DNA from: Dehalococcoidia bacterium
GTDB lineage: Bacteria; Chloroflexota; Dehalococcoidia; Lucifugimonadales; GCA-2712585
DNA: 64,000 nucleotides
Assembly: GCA_965238215.1 (NCBI GenBank)
Contig: OZ250180.1
Coordinates: 1,765,524 to 1,829,523 of the forward strand
Direction: 5' to 3'
Shown here: positions 54,614 through 63,823 of the stretch, piece after piece
Position numbering within the stretch: position 1 is the stretch's first letter
Layout of the letters: every line of letters begins with the position of its first letter
Notes under the pieces: generated by a model
Told to the model about the DNA's origin: nothing
Seen by the model: only the letters and a program-made list of their open reading frames with translations
Databases searched by the model: none
Position numbers and translations under genes: made by a program

Positions 54614-54766
54614 CAGGTTGCGTACGTTTCATGCCAATGGGGTGGCGTCCTGCGACACATCTGGGGAGCTTGTCCCTTGGGGTGTAAGCCGACACCCACG
54701 CCCGACGCCCGGCGGTGTTAAAATAGACCCCGCGCGCCTCTAAAAGGAGCGCGTTGGAGGCTGCAG

Positions 54767-55669
54767 ATAAAAATTACCGAAATTCTGAAGAGGAAGCGTA
54801 CCCTCTCTTTCGAGTTCTACCCACCCAGGACCCGGACGGGTATTCCAGCCGTCTTTCGGGCCATCAATCGGCTCGCCGTCTTCAACCCGGACTTCATCTC
54901 CGTCACCTACGGCGCGGGCGGTGTAACCCAGACCTTCACCGAGGAGATAGTCACCGGAGTCAAGGAAAATACCGACCTGCTGCCGATGGCCCATCTCACC
55001 TGCGTCGGCCAGACCAAAGATGAGATTCACGGCGTGCTCACTCGCCTGGAGCAGGCCGGCATAGAAAACGTCATCGCCCTCCGAGGAGACCCGCCTCGGG
55101 GCCACTCGAACTTTGTCCCAGCTAAGGGAGGATTCAGCCACGCAACAGACCTCATCCGCCACGTAAGCCAGAACTTCTCCTTTGACGTCGCCGCCGCCTG
55201 CTACCCCGAGGGACACCTGGAGTCACCGAGCCTGGAACGGGACTTGGAGTACACCAGGCTGAAGTTGGAAACGGGGGCTAGCTTTCTGATAACCCAGCTT
55301 TTCTTCGACAACGAGTTTCTCTATTCATTCATGGATAGGGCCAGAAGAGCAGGCATCAATGCGCCGGTTCTGGCTGGCATTCTGCCCATCCTGAACACCC
55401 AGCAGATCCGCCGGTTTACCGCCCTATGCGGCTCCACCATCCCGCGGGAAATTAACATAAAGCTGGACCGTCTGGCCGACGACAAAGACGCGGTGCGCGA
55501 ATTGGGCATCGAGATAGCCACGGAGCAGGTGCGGGAGCTTCTGAGTTGGGGCGTTGACGGCATACACTTCTACGCCCTTAACCGTAGTTACTCCATATCC
55601 AGGATTCTCACCAACCTGGGCTTCCCCCAGACTTCCCTGCCGCCCGACAAGGCGACAGAGGGCGTGTAG
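54767..55669 (+). CDS. metF: methylenetetrahydrofolate reductase, apparent ATA start
   Basis: The frame is open from 54722. (I)KITEILKRKRTLSFEFYPPRT...SVTYGAGG...LRGDPP matches the MetF N-terminus. No ATG/GTG/TTG occurs before residue 74. GGAGG (54756-54760) lies 6 nt before ATA 54767. Confidence 0.85.
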   Translation: MKITEILKRKRTLSFEFYPPRTRTGIPAVFRAINRLAVFNPDFISVTYGAGGVTQTFTEEIVTGVKENTDLLPMAHLTCVGQTKDEIHGVLTRLEQAGIENVIALRGDPPRGHSNFVPAKGGFSHATDLIRHVSQNFSFDVAAACYPEGHLESPSLERDLEYTRLKLETGASFLITQLFFDNEFLYSFMDRARRAGINAPVLAGILPILNTQQIRRFTALCGSTIPREINIKLDRLADDKDAVRELGIEIATEQVRELLSWGVDGIHFYALNRSYSISRILTNLGFPQTSLPPDKATEGV

Positions 55670-55685
55670 TGTCGTGGAATAGGAA

Positions 55686-56927
55686 TTGACCAGGACTCTG
55701 GAGGAAGAACTCGTCCACAGGCTGCAGACAGAGGGCAGAATCACCTTTGCCCAGTTCATGGATTTGGCCCTCTATTGGCCCCGCGGAGGTTACTATCGCG
55801 GCCCGTCTCCCACGGGAGCAGAGGGCGACTTCTACACCGCCCCCGGCGCCCATCCCGCCTTCGGCGCCCTCTTATGCCTGCAGCTCTACCAGATGTGGCG
55901 TTTGCTCGAAAGTCCCCACCCCTTCTGGGTCGTGGAGGCGGGCGCCGGCAGCGGCCTTCTCTGTCGCGACGTTGTGCGCTTTGCCCCCGCCCTCCCCAAC
56001 GATTTCCACCGCTTCCTCCAATGTCTGTGCTTGGACCCTTCAACCGGCCCCTCTGCCGACCTTCCGGCACCCTCGCCCGTCAACGCTGAAGGGAGCGTAC
56101 ACGCCTTGGCGACCGATGGCCTCCCCCTTGCCGGTGTCGTTGGCTGCATCCTGTCTAATGAGCTGTTGGACGCCCTTCCCGTGCACGTCGTCGAAAGACG
56201 CGACGGGCGGCTTCTTGAGGTGTACGTAACTCTCCGCGACGGCTGCATCGTTGAGGAGATGGACGAACCCTCCACGCCGGCCCTGCATCGTCGATTGGAG
56301 AGCCTTGGCATCGAACTTGCGGAGGGCCAGCGAGCGGAAGTGAATCTGGCCATGACCTCGTGGCTTTGTGATGCCGCCCAAGCCCTGAAAAGAGGCTACG
56401 TGGTCACCATCGACTATGGCCGGGAGGCCGTCGAACTCTATTCCCACGAGCGATTTCGCGGCACCCTCACGACTTTCTACCGGCACACGCAAACTGACAA
56501 TCCCTACGTTCGCGTTGGACGGCAAGACATGACGTCCCAGGTGGATTTCACCACCCTAAAGCGCCTCGGAGAGGGGTATGGGCTGTCCAATTTGGCCTAT
56601 CTCACCCAGGGTAGGTTCCTCTCCAACCTGGGCTTGCGGAGGTGGATCGCTAGGCTGCCGGCCCTTGGGCTGGCGCAGCCGCAGCGGGACGCCAACCGAA
56701 TGGGAATGCTGCAACTCATACGTCCCGTCGGTATGGGAGACTTCAAGGTCCTCGTCCAGGCTAAGGACGTCCCCGATGCTCCGCTTTGGGGCGTTCAACC
56801 ATCTGCTGAGTTGGGAAGCCTGGCCCAACTGCTTGACCCGCCGCTGCTGACGGACCGTCACGTGCCCCTGCTTCAGGGACGGTATCCCTTCTACGGTGCC
56901 GACGTGATGGACTTCGGCCCTCGCTGA
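55686..56927 (+). CDS. MidA/NDUFAF7-like class I SAM-dependent methyltransferase (DUF185)
   Basis: ITFAQFMDLALYWPRGGYY...GDFYTAP..HPAFG and SNELLDALPVH motifs. Confidence 0.85.
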   Translation: MTRTLEEELVHRLQTEGRITFAQFMDLALYWPRGGYYRGPSPTGAEGDFYTAPGAHPAFGALLCLQLYQMWRLLESPHPFWVVEAGAGSGLLCRDVVRFAPALPNDFHRFLQCLCLDPSTGPSADLPAPSPVNAEGSVHALATDGLPLAGVVGCILSNELLDALPVHVVERRDGRLLEVYVTLRDGCIVEEMDEPSTPALHRRLESLGIELAEGQRAEVNLAMTSWLCDAAQALKRGYVVTIDYGREAVELYSHERFRGTLTTFYRHTQTDNPYVRVGRQDMTSQVDFTTLKRLGEGYGLSNLAYLTQGRFLSNLGLRRWIARLPALGLAQPQRDANRMGMLQLIRPVGMGDFKVLVQAKDVPDAPLWGVQPSAELGSLAQLLDPPLLTDRHVPLLQGRYPFYGADVMDFGPR

Positions 56928-56952
56928 ACTCCGACCACCGTAGCCCCAAAGT

Positions 56953-57522
56953 CTAGGTTTGCGGCGTTGGGTTCAGCCCCAAACGAGGAGCCACCGGCTT
57001 TAGGCTCTCAATGACGAAGGCGATGTGTTCGTTCAGGTCCAACTCCATCTCCGCGGCGCCGTTGATGATGTCCTCCCTGATCACGTCCTTGGCGAACCGC
57101 TTGTCCTTGAACTTCTTGCGGACGCTGCGAGGTTTCAGGTCACCTAAGCTCTTGCCCGGCCGCACAAGGGCAACGGCTCGGATGAACCCCGATAGCTCGT
57201 CCACCGCAAAGAGGGTCTTCTCCATAAGGCTGTCTCGAGTGAGTCCCGTATGGTCGCCGTGGGTCAGAACTGCCCGCACGATGTGCTCCGGGAATCCCGC
57301 TTCCCGCAGCAGGCCCGCGCCGAACATTGGGTGCTCCTCCGGCGTTGGGCAGATCTCCCAGTCAAAGTCGTGCACCAGCCCGGCAATCCCCCACTCCTCC
57401 TCGTTCTCGCCGTACTTGCGGGCATAGCCCCGCATGGCCGCCTCCACCCCTAGGAGGTGTCGCATCAGCACGTCGGTCTTCACGTGGAGCTCCAAAAACT
57501 TGAGGGTGCTCTCTCTATTCAT
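56953..57522 (-). CDS. HD-domain phosphohydrolase
   Basis: H...HD (GLVHDFDWE) ...H..D pattern. 189 aa. Confidence 0.8.
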   Translation of the reverse strand: MNRESTLKFLELHVKTDVLMRHLLGVEAAMRGYARKYGENEEEWGIAGLVHDFDWEICPTPEEHPMFGAGLLREAGFPEHIVRAVLTHGDHTGLTRDSLMEKTLFAVDELSGFIRAVALVRPGKSLGDLKPRSVRKKFKDKRFAKDVIREDIINGAAEMELDLNEHIAFVIESLKPVAPRLGLNPTPQT

Positions 57523-58393
57523 CGTTTTCCCTCCCTTTCTCAGAGGATTGGATTGACGAAGCCACGGGCCGCGGCTCGCACTTTCGAGCGGTCGTGATGA
57601 ATCCGGTGTGCGCCACCATCCGATGGTCCGGCCTCATGCTCTTCTCCGACACGTGCCACGAACGTAGCATAAGCTCCACCGTCTCCACCAACTGGAAAGC
57701 CCCGTGGTTCTGAAGCGCCCCATTCAGCCGGTGCACCTGGAGTGTCGTCGGCAGGAAGCTCAGGAAAATGCCCCCCGGCGCCAGCGATTCGGCGGCGCTG
57801 TCAACCACCCTCCACGGCTCCGGCAGGTCCAACGTCAGCCGGTCCACCTCCCGTTCCTCGATGCCCTCGTAGATGTCCGCCTCCCTAACGTTGAAGGCCG
57901 ATCCTCGGGGCAGAAGGGGACGAATCCTTTGCATCGACTTCTCCGCCTGTCCCGGGCGGATTTCGTAGGATGTGACGCTGCCCTCCGGTCCCACGGCGCG
58001 CAGCAACGCCATGGTCAGCGCCCCTGATCCAAAGCCTCCCTCCACCACCCGCGCTCCCGGGAATATGTCGCCCAACATCAGTATAGCCCCCACGTCCTTG
58101 GGGTAGATGACCTGGGTCGCCCGCTTCATCTCCAGGATGTAGTCGGCAAGGGTGGGCTTCAAAGCGAGAAACCGATGGCCGCTGTTGGTCTGGAACCACT
58201 CCCCCGGCTGCTGGCCGATGATGGCCCGGTGCTCCAGGTAGCCCATGTGGGTATGGAAGGTGCCTTCCTCCCGGAGGTGCAGCAAATAGCGCCGCCTCTT
58301 ACGGTCGATGAGAAGGGCAAGCCCTCCGTCCCGGAAGGGCCCGCGGGGGTCGTCTCCCTCCAGGGGCGCGGCCATGGACGCCTCAGTCATCAC
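57515..58393 (-). CDS. trmI: tRNA (adenine-N1)-methyltransferase (TrmI/GCD14 family)
   Basis: QVIYPKD and VVEGGFGSGALT SAM motif. Confidence 0.85.
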   Translation of the reverse strand: MMTEASMAAPLEGDDPRGPFRDGGLALLIDRKRRRYLLHLREEGTFHTHMGYLEHRAIIGQQPGEWFQTNSGHRFLALKPTLADYILEMKRATQVIYPKDVGAILMLGDIFPGARVVEGGFGSGALTMALLRAVGPEGSVTSYEIRPGQAEKSMQRIRPLLPRGSAFNVREADIYEGIEEREVDRLTLDLPEPWRVVDSAAESLAPGGIFLSFLPTTLQVHRLNGALQNHGAFQLVETVELMLRSWHVSEKSMRPDHRMVAHTGFITTARKCEPRPVASSIQSSEKGRENDE

Positions 58394-58411
58394 ACACTCC
58401 GGCGTGACCCT

Positions 58412-58879
58412 TTAACTCCCCAATTTGTCCAACTCCCCCAGGATCTCATCCGGTGTGGGCAGGGAACCCGGGGCGTACTCTCGGCGGAACTTCACCGTAC
58501 CGCCCTTGTCTACGATAATTATCGCCCGTCGGGGCGTCCCGATGGCGTCGTTGAATAGACCGTAGTCCCTGGACATCTGACCGTGGGGGTGGAAGTCCGC
58601 CAGCAGGGGGTACTGAACGTCCCCCATGGATTCCGACCATGCACGATGGGAATGTTGACTGTCGCAGCTGACGCCCAACACCTGGGCGTCTCTCTCCTCA
58701 AACTGGGCGTTAGCCCCGTTGAATGAGGAGACTTGGTTCCCTCAACCGCCTGTGAAGTCGAAGACGTGAAAGGAGAGGACTACGTCCTTCTGTCCTCTGA
58801 ACTGGCTGAGCGACACCTGGTTGCCCGACTGGTCGGGCAGGGTGAAGTCTGGCGCTGATTGTCCGATTTCGGCTGTCAT
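58412..58879 (-). CDS. AhpE/BCP-like peroxiredoxin with in-frame UGA (probable selenocysteine) at the peroxidatic position
   Basis: Two same-frame ORFs (58742..58945, 58412..58681) are separated only by TGA 58744-58742. The joined product is a full Prx with FDFTGG[U]GNQV. A SECIS-like hairpin lies downstream. Confidence 0.8.
58694..58730 (-). promoter_or_regulatory. SECIS-like mRNA hairpin
   Basis: It starts 11 nt after the UGA. CUCCUCA/UGAGGAG lower stem, UUC bulge, AAC/GUU, G.A mismatch, GGGC/GCCC, UAAC loop. Confidence 0.6.
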
Positions 58880-58979
58880 AGTTTTGTGAAATCCTCCTGT
58901 CGATGTGGGGCGACGATGCTCCGTCGCCAAGGGTTGGCGTGGCATTGGGCTTCTGGATCGTGCCCGCGGGTTAGGCCGG

Positions 58980-59360
58980 CTACTTCCGGTACGCTTCCGG
59001 GGGTTCCCCCTCCACGTACGTTGTATTCTGCATGCCGTCGCTGACGGGGAAGAAGGCCAGCGTCACGGCGGTCCCTTCGCCGGAGGCGGTGAATCCGTGG
59101 GCAACGCCCTTAGGTATCACCATGGTTTGGTTGGCCAAGACGGTGGCCTTGTCTTCGCCGATGCGCCCTTCCACCTGGCCCTCCAGCACGGTAATTAGCT
59201 CGTCCACCTCGTGGATGTGCAACGGTGCGCCGGCCCCGGGCTCGATGGTGCTGTAATGGAGGGTGCAGTCCACACCCTGATCCATGCCAGCCACCGACCA
59301 CACCCGGTAGTTGGGCCTCCACGGTATCTCTTGGGCTTCCTGGTGATCAACTATGGACAT
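58980..59360 (-). CDS. cupin-domain protein
   Basis: G.PLHIHEVDE...G...I.....IPKGV.HGF cupin motifs. Last gene of the gcv transcription unit. Confidence 0.75.
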   Translation of the reverse strand: MSIVDHQEAQEIPWRPNYRVWSVAGMDQGVDCTLHYSTIEPGAGAPLHIHEVDELITVLEGQVEGRIGEDKATVLANQTMVIPKGVAHGFTASGEGTAVTLAFFPVSDGMQNTTYVEGEPPEAYRK

Positions 59361-59364
59361 GGCT

Positions 59365-60831
59365 CTACTCCTTCCGCTCCCACCTCAGGTCGGGCCGTCG
59401 GGCCGCCTGCGCTTCATTCAACCGACGCACCGGCGTCGTGTGGGGCGCGTTCTGTACTAGTTCTGGGTTCTCCGTGGCCTCCCGGTCGATGGCGTTCATC
59501 GCCTCTATGAACTCGTCCAGGGTCTCTTTACTTTCGGTCTCCGTCGGCTCGATTAGCAGGGCCTCGTCCACCGTTAGAGGGAAGTACATCGTCGGCGCGT
59601 GGAAGCCGTAGTCCAGCAAACGCTTGGCCGTCTCCAAGCCCCGCACCCCCTTGGCCTTCTGCCAGTTGGCCGAAAGCACGACCTCGTGCATGCACGGGCG
59701 ATCGAAGGGCAGTAGATACTTGTCCTTGAGTTTGGACAGCAGGTAGTTGGCGTTGAGAACGGCGTTTTCGCTGACTTGCTGCAGTCCGGCGTCCCCCAGG
59801 GTGCGGATGTAGGTATAGGCTCGAACCAGCACGCCGAAGTTGCCGTGGGACGCCGACACCTTTCCGATGGTCTTCTCCGGCGTGGCGAGAACAAACCGTT
59901 CCTGACCTGCGCCGTCTCGTTGCTGCACCACCGGCGCCGGCAGGTAGGGCTGGAGAATGGGCTGGGCGCAGACGGGGCCGGCACCGGGGCCGCCCCCGCC
60001 GTGGGGCGTGCTGAAGGTCTTGTGCAGATTCAGATGCATCACGTCGAAGCCCAAGTCGCCCATCTTCACCCGGCCCAGCAGCGCGTTCATGTTTGCGCCG
60101 TCGGCGTAGACCAACCCCCCCGCCTCGTGAATCAGGCGGCAGACCTCAACAATCTGCTGATCGAAAAGGCCCAACGTGCTGGGAAGGGTTATCATCATTC
60201 CCGCCAGGTCAGGCGTGGCCTCCCGCTTGAGGGCTTCCAGGTCGCAGTTCCCGTTCTCGTCGGTGGGTATCGATACCACCCGGCAGCCTGCCATGGCTGC
60301 GGATGCGGGGTTAGTTCCGTGGGCGCTGTCGGGTACCAGCATCTTCAGCCGACCGCCGTCGCCACGCTCCCGGTGATACTTCTGCACCATGAGAACGCCG
60401 CATAGCTCGCCCTGGGCCCCGGCCAGGGGCGCCAGGCTGGCGGCGGCCATGCCCGTAATCTCTGCTAGGTAGTCCTGAAGATGGTGCATCACTTCCAGCG
60501 CCCCCTGGACCTGGGCGGCGGGCTGGAGAGGGTGTATGGCGGCGAATCCGGGAAGGAACGCCACTTCGTCGTTGACCTTGGGGTTGTACTTCATGGTACA
60601 GCTGCCAAGGGGGTAGAAGTGAGTGTCGATGGAGAAATTCATCCGGCTAAGGTTGGTGAAATATCGAACAATCTCGGGCTCTGTAATCTCCGGCAGGTCC
60701 ACTTCCTCCCGCAGCATATCCGCACTTGGCAGGGGCTGCTCCGGCACGTCGAGGGCCGGCAAAACCGTCCCGACGCGACCAGGGACGCTGCGTTCCATCA
60801 GCAGGCGGCGGTGATTCTCCATCTGGTTCAT
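59365..60831 (-). CDS. gcvPB: glycine dehydrogenase (decarboxylating) subunit 2
   Basis: FYPLGSCTMKYNP and HLNLHKTFSTPHGGGGPG (PLP lysine) motifs. Confidence 0.95.
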   Translation of the reverse strand: MNQMENHRRLLMERSVPGRVGTVLPALDVPEQPLPSADMLREEVDLPEITEPEIVRYFTNLSRMNFSIDTHFYPLGSCTMKYNPKVNDEVAFLPGFAAIHPLQPAAQVQGALEVMHHLQDYLAEITGMAAASLAPLAGAQGELCGVLMVQKYHRERGDGGRLKMLVPDSAHGTNPASAAMAGCRVVSIPTDENGNCDLEALKREATPDLAGMMITLPSTLGLFDQQIVEVCRLIHEAGGLVYADGANMNALLGRVKMGDLGFDVMHLNLHKTFSTPHGGGGPGAGPVCAQPILQPYLPAPVVQQRDGAGQERFVLATPEKTIGKVSASHGNFGVLVRAYTYIRTLGDAGLQQVSENAVLNANYLLSKLKDKYLLPFDRPCMHEVVLSANWQKAKGVRGLETAKRLLDYGFHAPTMYFPLTVDEALLIEPTETESKETLDEFIEAMNAIDREATENPELVQNAPHTTPVRRLNEAQAARRPDLRWERKE

Positions 60832-62162
60832 CGGCTAAACTCCGAAAGCGCTCCCACCAGGGCCTCTATCTCCTGGCGCGTGTTCATCTCCGTAACGCAA
60901 ATAAGCATGCAGTTGGGCATGACGTGGCTGATGTCCAGACCACCAATAATCTCGCTCTCCAGGAGCCGTCGGTTGATGACGTTGGGGCTGGCCGGACACT
61001 TCACCACAAATTCTTTGAAGAAGGTCCCGCGGATTGGGAAGGAGTATCCCGCCACCCGTCCTATAAGCGACGCTGCGTAGTGCGCCTTGTGGTAGCAGAG
61101 CTCCGCAAGCTGTCGCAGCCCCTGCTTCCCCAGGGCGGATGTGGCGATGGCGCTGGCCAGGGCCAGCAGCGCCTGGCTTGTGCAGATGTTGCTGGTGGCC
61201 CGCTCTCGTCGGATGTGCTGCTCCCGGGTCTGTAGGGTTAGCACGTAGCCCGTCTTACCCTCGATGTCTACCGTCCGACCGACGATGCGACCGGGCATCT
61301 GGCGGAGATACTTCTTGCGGGTGGCAAAAAGGCCGATGAAGGGCCCACCGAAGCTCATTGGCACACCCAGGGCCTGCCCCTCGCCGGTGATTACGTCTGC
61401 GCCGAACTCCCCGGGCGGACGGAACATCCCCATGGCCACCGGGTCCGTCGAGACCACCAGCAGGGCGTCCCGTTCCTGGGCGGCCACTTTGTGGGCGGAT
61501 AGGTCCTCCACGTAGCCAAAGAAATTGGGGTACTGGGTCAGCAGGCAGGCGGCTCCCTCGGGCAGGCGGGGCCGAACTGAGTCTAGGACGGTGACCTTCA
61601 ACCCTTGAGGAAGGGCGTAGGTCTCCACCACCTCTCGGTAGGTGGGGGAAACGGTGTTGAGTACACAGATTTCCTCCCGCCCTGTGATCCGACAGGCCAT
61701 GAGGGCTGCCTCTGCCAGGCTGGAGGCTCCCTCGTACATGCCGTCGTTGGCCACCTCCATCCCCATGAGGCTGCAAATCATGGTCTGAAACTCGTAGGCC
61801 ACCTGCAGGGTTCCCTGGCTGGCTTCCGCCTGGTAGGGCGTGTAGGAGGTCAGGAACTCGCCACGAGTTATGAGGGGCTTCACTATACTGGGTATGAAGT
61901 GGTTGTACACTCCGGCCCCTAAGAACGACGCATATTCCCCGGCGTTCCTGTTGGTCCCCGCTAGGGCCTCCAATTCCGCGCGCAGCTCCAGTTCGGACGT
62001 GGGTGGCGGTATGTTCAGCGACGGGCTTCGATGCTCAGCGGGTATGTCCTCGAAGAGCCGGTCGATAGAGTCGATACCCATCGCTTCCAACATCTCCTCG
62101 CGCTGCGCGGGGGTGTTGGGCATATAGTGGGACTGGAAGGGCACGGAACTGTTGGCGCTCAC
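60828..62162 (-). CDS. gcvPA: glycine dehydrogenase (decarboxylating) subunit 1
   Basis: HYMPNTPAQREEMLEAMGI and YTPYQAEASQG motifs. Start uncertain (GTG 62162, GTG 62144 or ATG 62123). Confidence 0.9.
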   Translation of the reverse strand: MSANSSVPFQSHYMPNTPAQREEMLEAMGIDSIDRLFEDIPAEHRSPSLNIPPPTSELELRAELEALAGTNRNAGEYASFLGAGVYNHFIPSIVKPLITRGEFLTSYTPYQAEASQGTLQVAYEFQTMICSLMGMEVANDGMYEGASSLAEAALMACRITGREEICVLNTVSPTYREVVETYALPQGLKVTVLDSVRPRLPEGAACLLTQYPNFFGYVEDLSAHKVAAQERDALLVVSTDPVAMGMFRPPGEFGADVITGEGQALGVPMSFGGPFIGLFATRKKYLRQMPGRIVGRTVDIEGKTGYVLTLQTREQHIRRERATSNICTSQALLALASAIATSALGKQGLRQLAELCYHKAHYAASLIGRVAGYSFPIRGTFFKEFVVKCPASPNVINRRLLESEIIGGLDISHVMPNCMLICVTEMNTRQEIEALVGALSEFSR

Positions 62163-62164
62163 CG

Positions 62165-62557
62165 TTAGTGGGCCTCGGACTCCAGAAAGGCTTCGTACTC
62201 CTCCGCCGACAGCAGGTTGGTCATCTCCGCGTCCGCGTTTTCGGCCTGCACCTTCACCATCCATCCTTCGCCGGTGGGGTCGTCATTGACCAGCTCCGGC
62301 TGACCCTCCAACTGCCCGTTGGTCTCCACAATCTTGCCGCCGATGGGAGCGAAGAGGTCGGAAACGGCCTTCACCGATTCAATTTCGCCCAGCTTCTGAA
62401 ACTGCTTCACCTCGCCGCCGGTGCTGGGCAACTCCACGTACACCACGTCTCCCAACTGGTCTTGGGCGTAGTGGGTGATGCCCACCACAACCAGACCCGG
62501 GGACTCTACCCGTGCCCATTCGTGCTCCTTGGAGTACCTTCTGTCCGTGGGGTTCAT
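62165..62557 (-). CDS. gcvH: glycine cleavage system H protein
   Basis: YSKEHEWARV and lipoyl-lysine block ESVKAVSD. Confidence 0.9.
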   Translation of the reverse strand: MNPTDRRYSKEHEWARVESPGLVVVGITHYAQDQLGDVVYVELPSTGGEVKQFQKLGEIESVKAVSDLFAPIGGKIVETNGQLEGQPELVNDDPTGEGWMVKVQAENADAEMTNLLSAEEYEAFLESEAH

Positions 62558-62635
62558 CTCTCTACCGCCGTTGGAAGGTTGCGACAAAGACTGGCCGATC
62601 CGCGGCGTTCTTTATGCTTGAGGTGCTCATCCGTC

Positions 62636-63739
62636 TTACTGTCTCTTGTAGAAGGGGAGGGTGGTAACACTGGCTGCCGTCGGTCTTCCCCTAATGTCAA
62701 TTTGAAGGCTCTGGCCCTCTTCGAACCACCGCCGCTCAACATAGCCCATGGCTATATTCCTGTCAAGAGTTGGGGAGTAGCTGCCGCTGGTAATCCGGCC
62801 CACCGGTTCCCCCTCGCCCAGGATGGCGTAGTCGTGCCGGGGGATGCTCCGGCCCTCGGAAAAAAGGCCCACCAAGGCCCTCTCCATGCCCTGCTCCTTC
62901 TGGCGCCGGAGGGCGCCGGCGCCCGCGAACTCCTTGCGCAGGCGAACGAAGCGGCCCAGCCCGGCCTCCAACGGCGTGGTGGTCAGGTCGATGTCGCTCC
63001 CGTGCAACGGTAGGCCCGCCTCCAGCCGGAGAACGTCCCTCGCGCCCAGGCCGCAGGCCGCCATTCCGCCATCATTGAGGGCCTCCCAAAGGTCTGCACC
63101 GTCCCGGGCGTCCGACACGATTTCAAAGCCGTCCTCCCCCGTGTAGCCCGTCCGCCCGACGAAGACGCTGCGCCCCAGCACAGTGGCTTCCATGCTGCTG
63201 AAGAAGCGGAGGCCGGAGGGGGTTTCAGGACTCATGCCATCCACAATGGACGCCGCGTCCGGTCCCTGAACGGCAATCATCACCGTGTCGATGGTAACGT
63301 CCTCCAGAGTCGTTTGAGAAAAGCGTTCGCTCCGCCACCGCTCAAGCCAGTCAACCACGGCGGTACGATTGGAGGCGTTGCAGATGAGCAGATACCGGTT
63401 ATCTTCCAGCCGGTAGGAGACGGTGTCGTCCATAATCCCCCCATCCTCGTTGCAGATGAGAGAGTACCGGGCGCGGCCTTTGCGTAGGTTGCCGATGCGT
63501 CCCGTCTGAATCCACTCCATCAGGTCCGTAGCCTGGGGGCCGGAAACGTAGATGCGCCCCATGTGGGAAACGTCGAATATGCCGCCCTTCCGTCGAACGG
63601 CGTTTGCCTCGGCAAGGATGCCGGCGTACTGCACAGGCATCTCCCAGCCGGCAAAAGGCACCATTCGTCCCTTGAGGTTCAGATGGCTCTCGTACAGAGC
63701 CGTTCTCATTTCAGTTACGCCGCCACTGGATTCAGCCAA
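62636..63739 (-). CDS. gcvT: aminomethyltransferase (glycine cleavage T protein)
   Basis: TALYESHL...GRMVPFAGWEMPVQY and GYTGEDGFEI motifs. AAGGAGGTG SD before TTG 63739. Confidence 0.95.
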   Translation of the reverse strand: MAESSGGVTEMRTALYESHLNLKGRMVPFAGWEMPVQYAGILAEANAVRRKGGIFDVSHMGRIYVSGPQATDLMEWIQTGRIGNLRKGRARYSLICNEDGGIMDDTVSYRLEDNRYLLICNASNRTAVVDWLERWRSERFSQTTLEDVTIDTVMIAVQGPDAASIVDGMSPETPSGLRFFSSMEATVLGRSVFVGRTGYTGEDGFEIVSDARDGADLWEALNDGGMAACGLGARDVLRLEAGLPLHGSDIDLTTTPLEAGLGRFVRLRKEFAGAGALRRQKEQGMERALVGLFSEGRSIPRHDYAILGEGEPVGRITSGSYSPTLDRNIAMGYVERRWFEEGQSLQIDIRGRPTAASVTTLPFYKRQ

Positions 63740-63823
63740 ATTCCTTCACCTCCTTGTGAAAACAGATCTATCGGCCAAGGTGGGGCCGACGCACACCATG
63801 TTCAGCTTCGCCTGGGAACTGTG

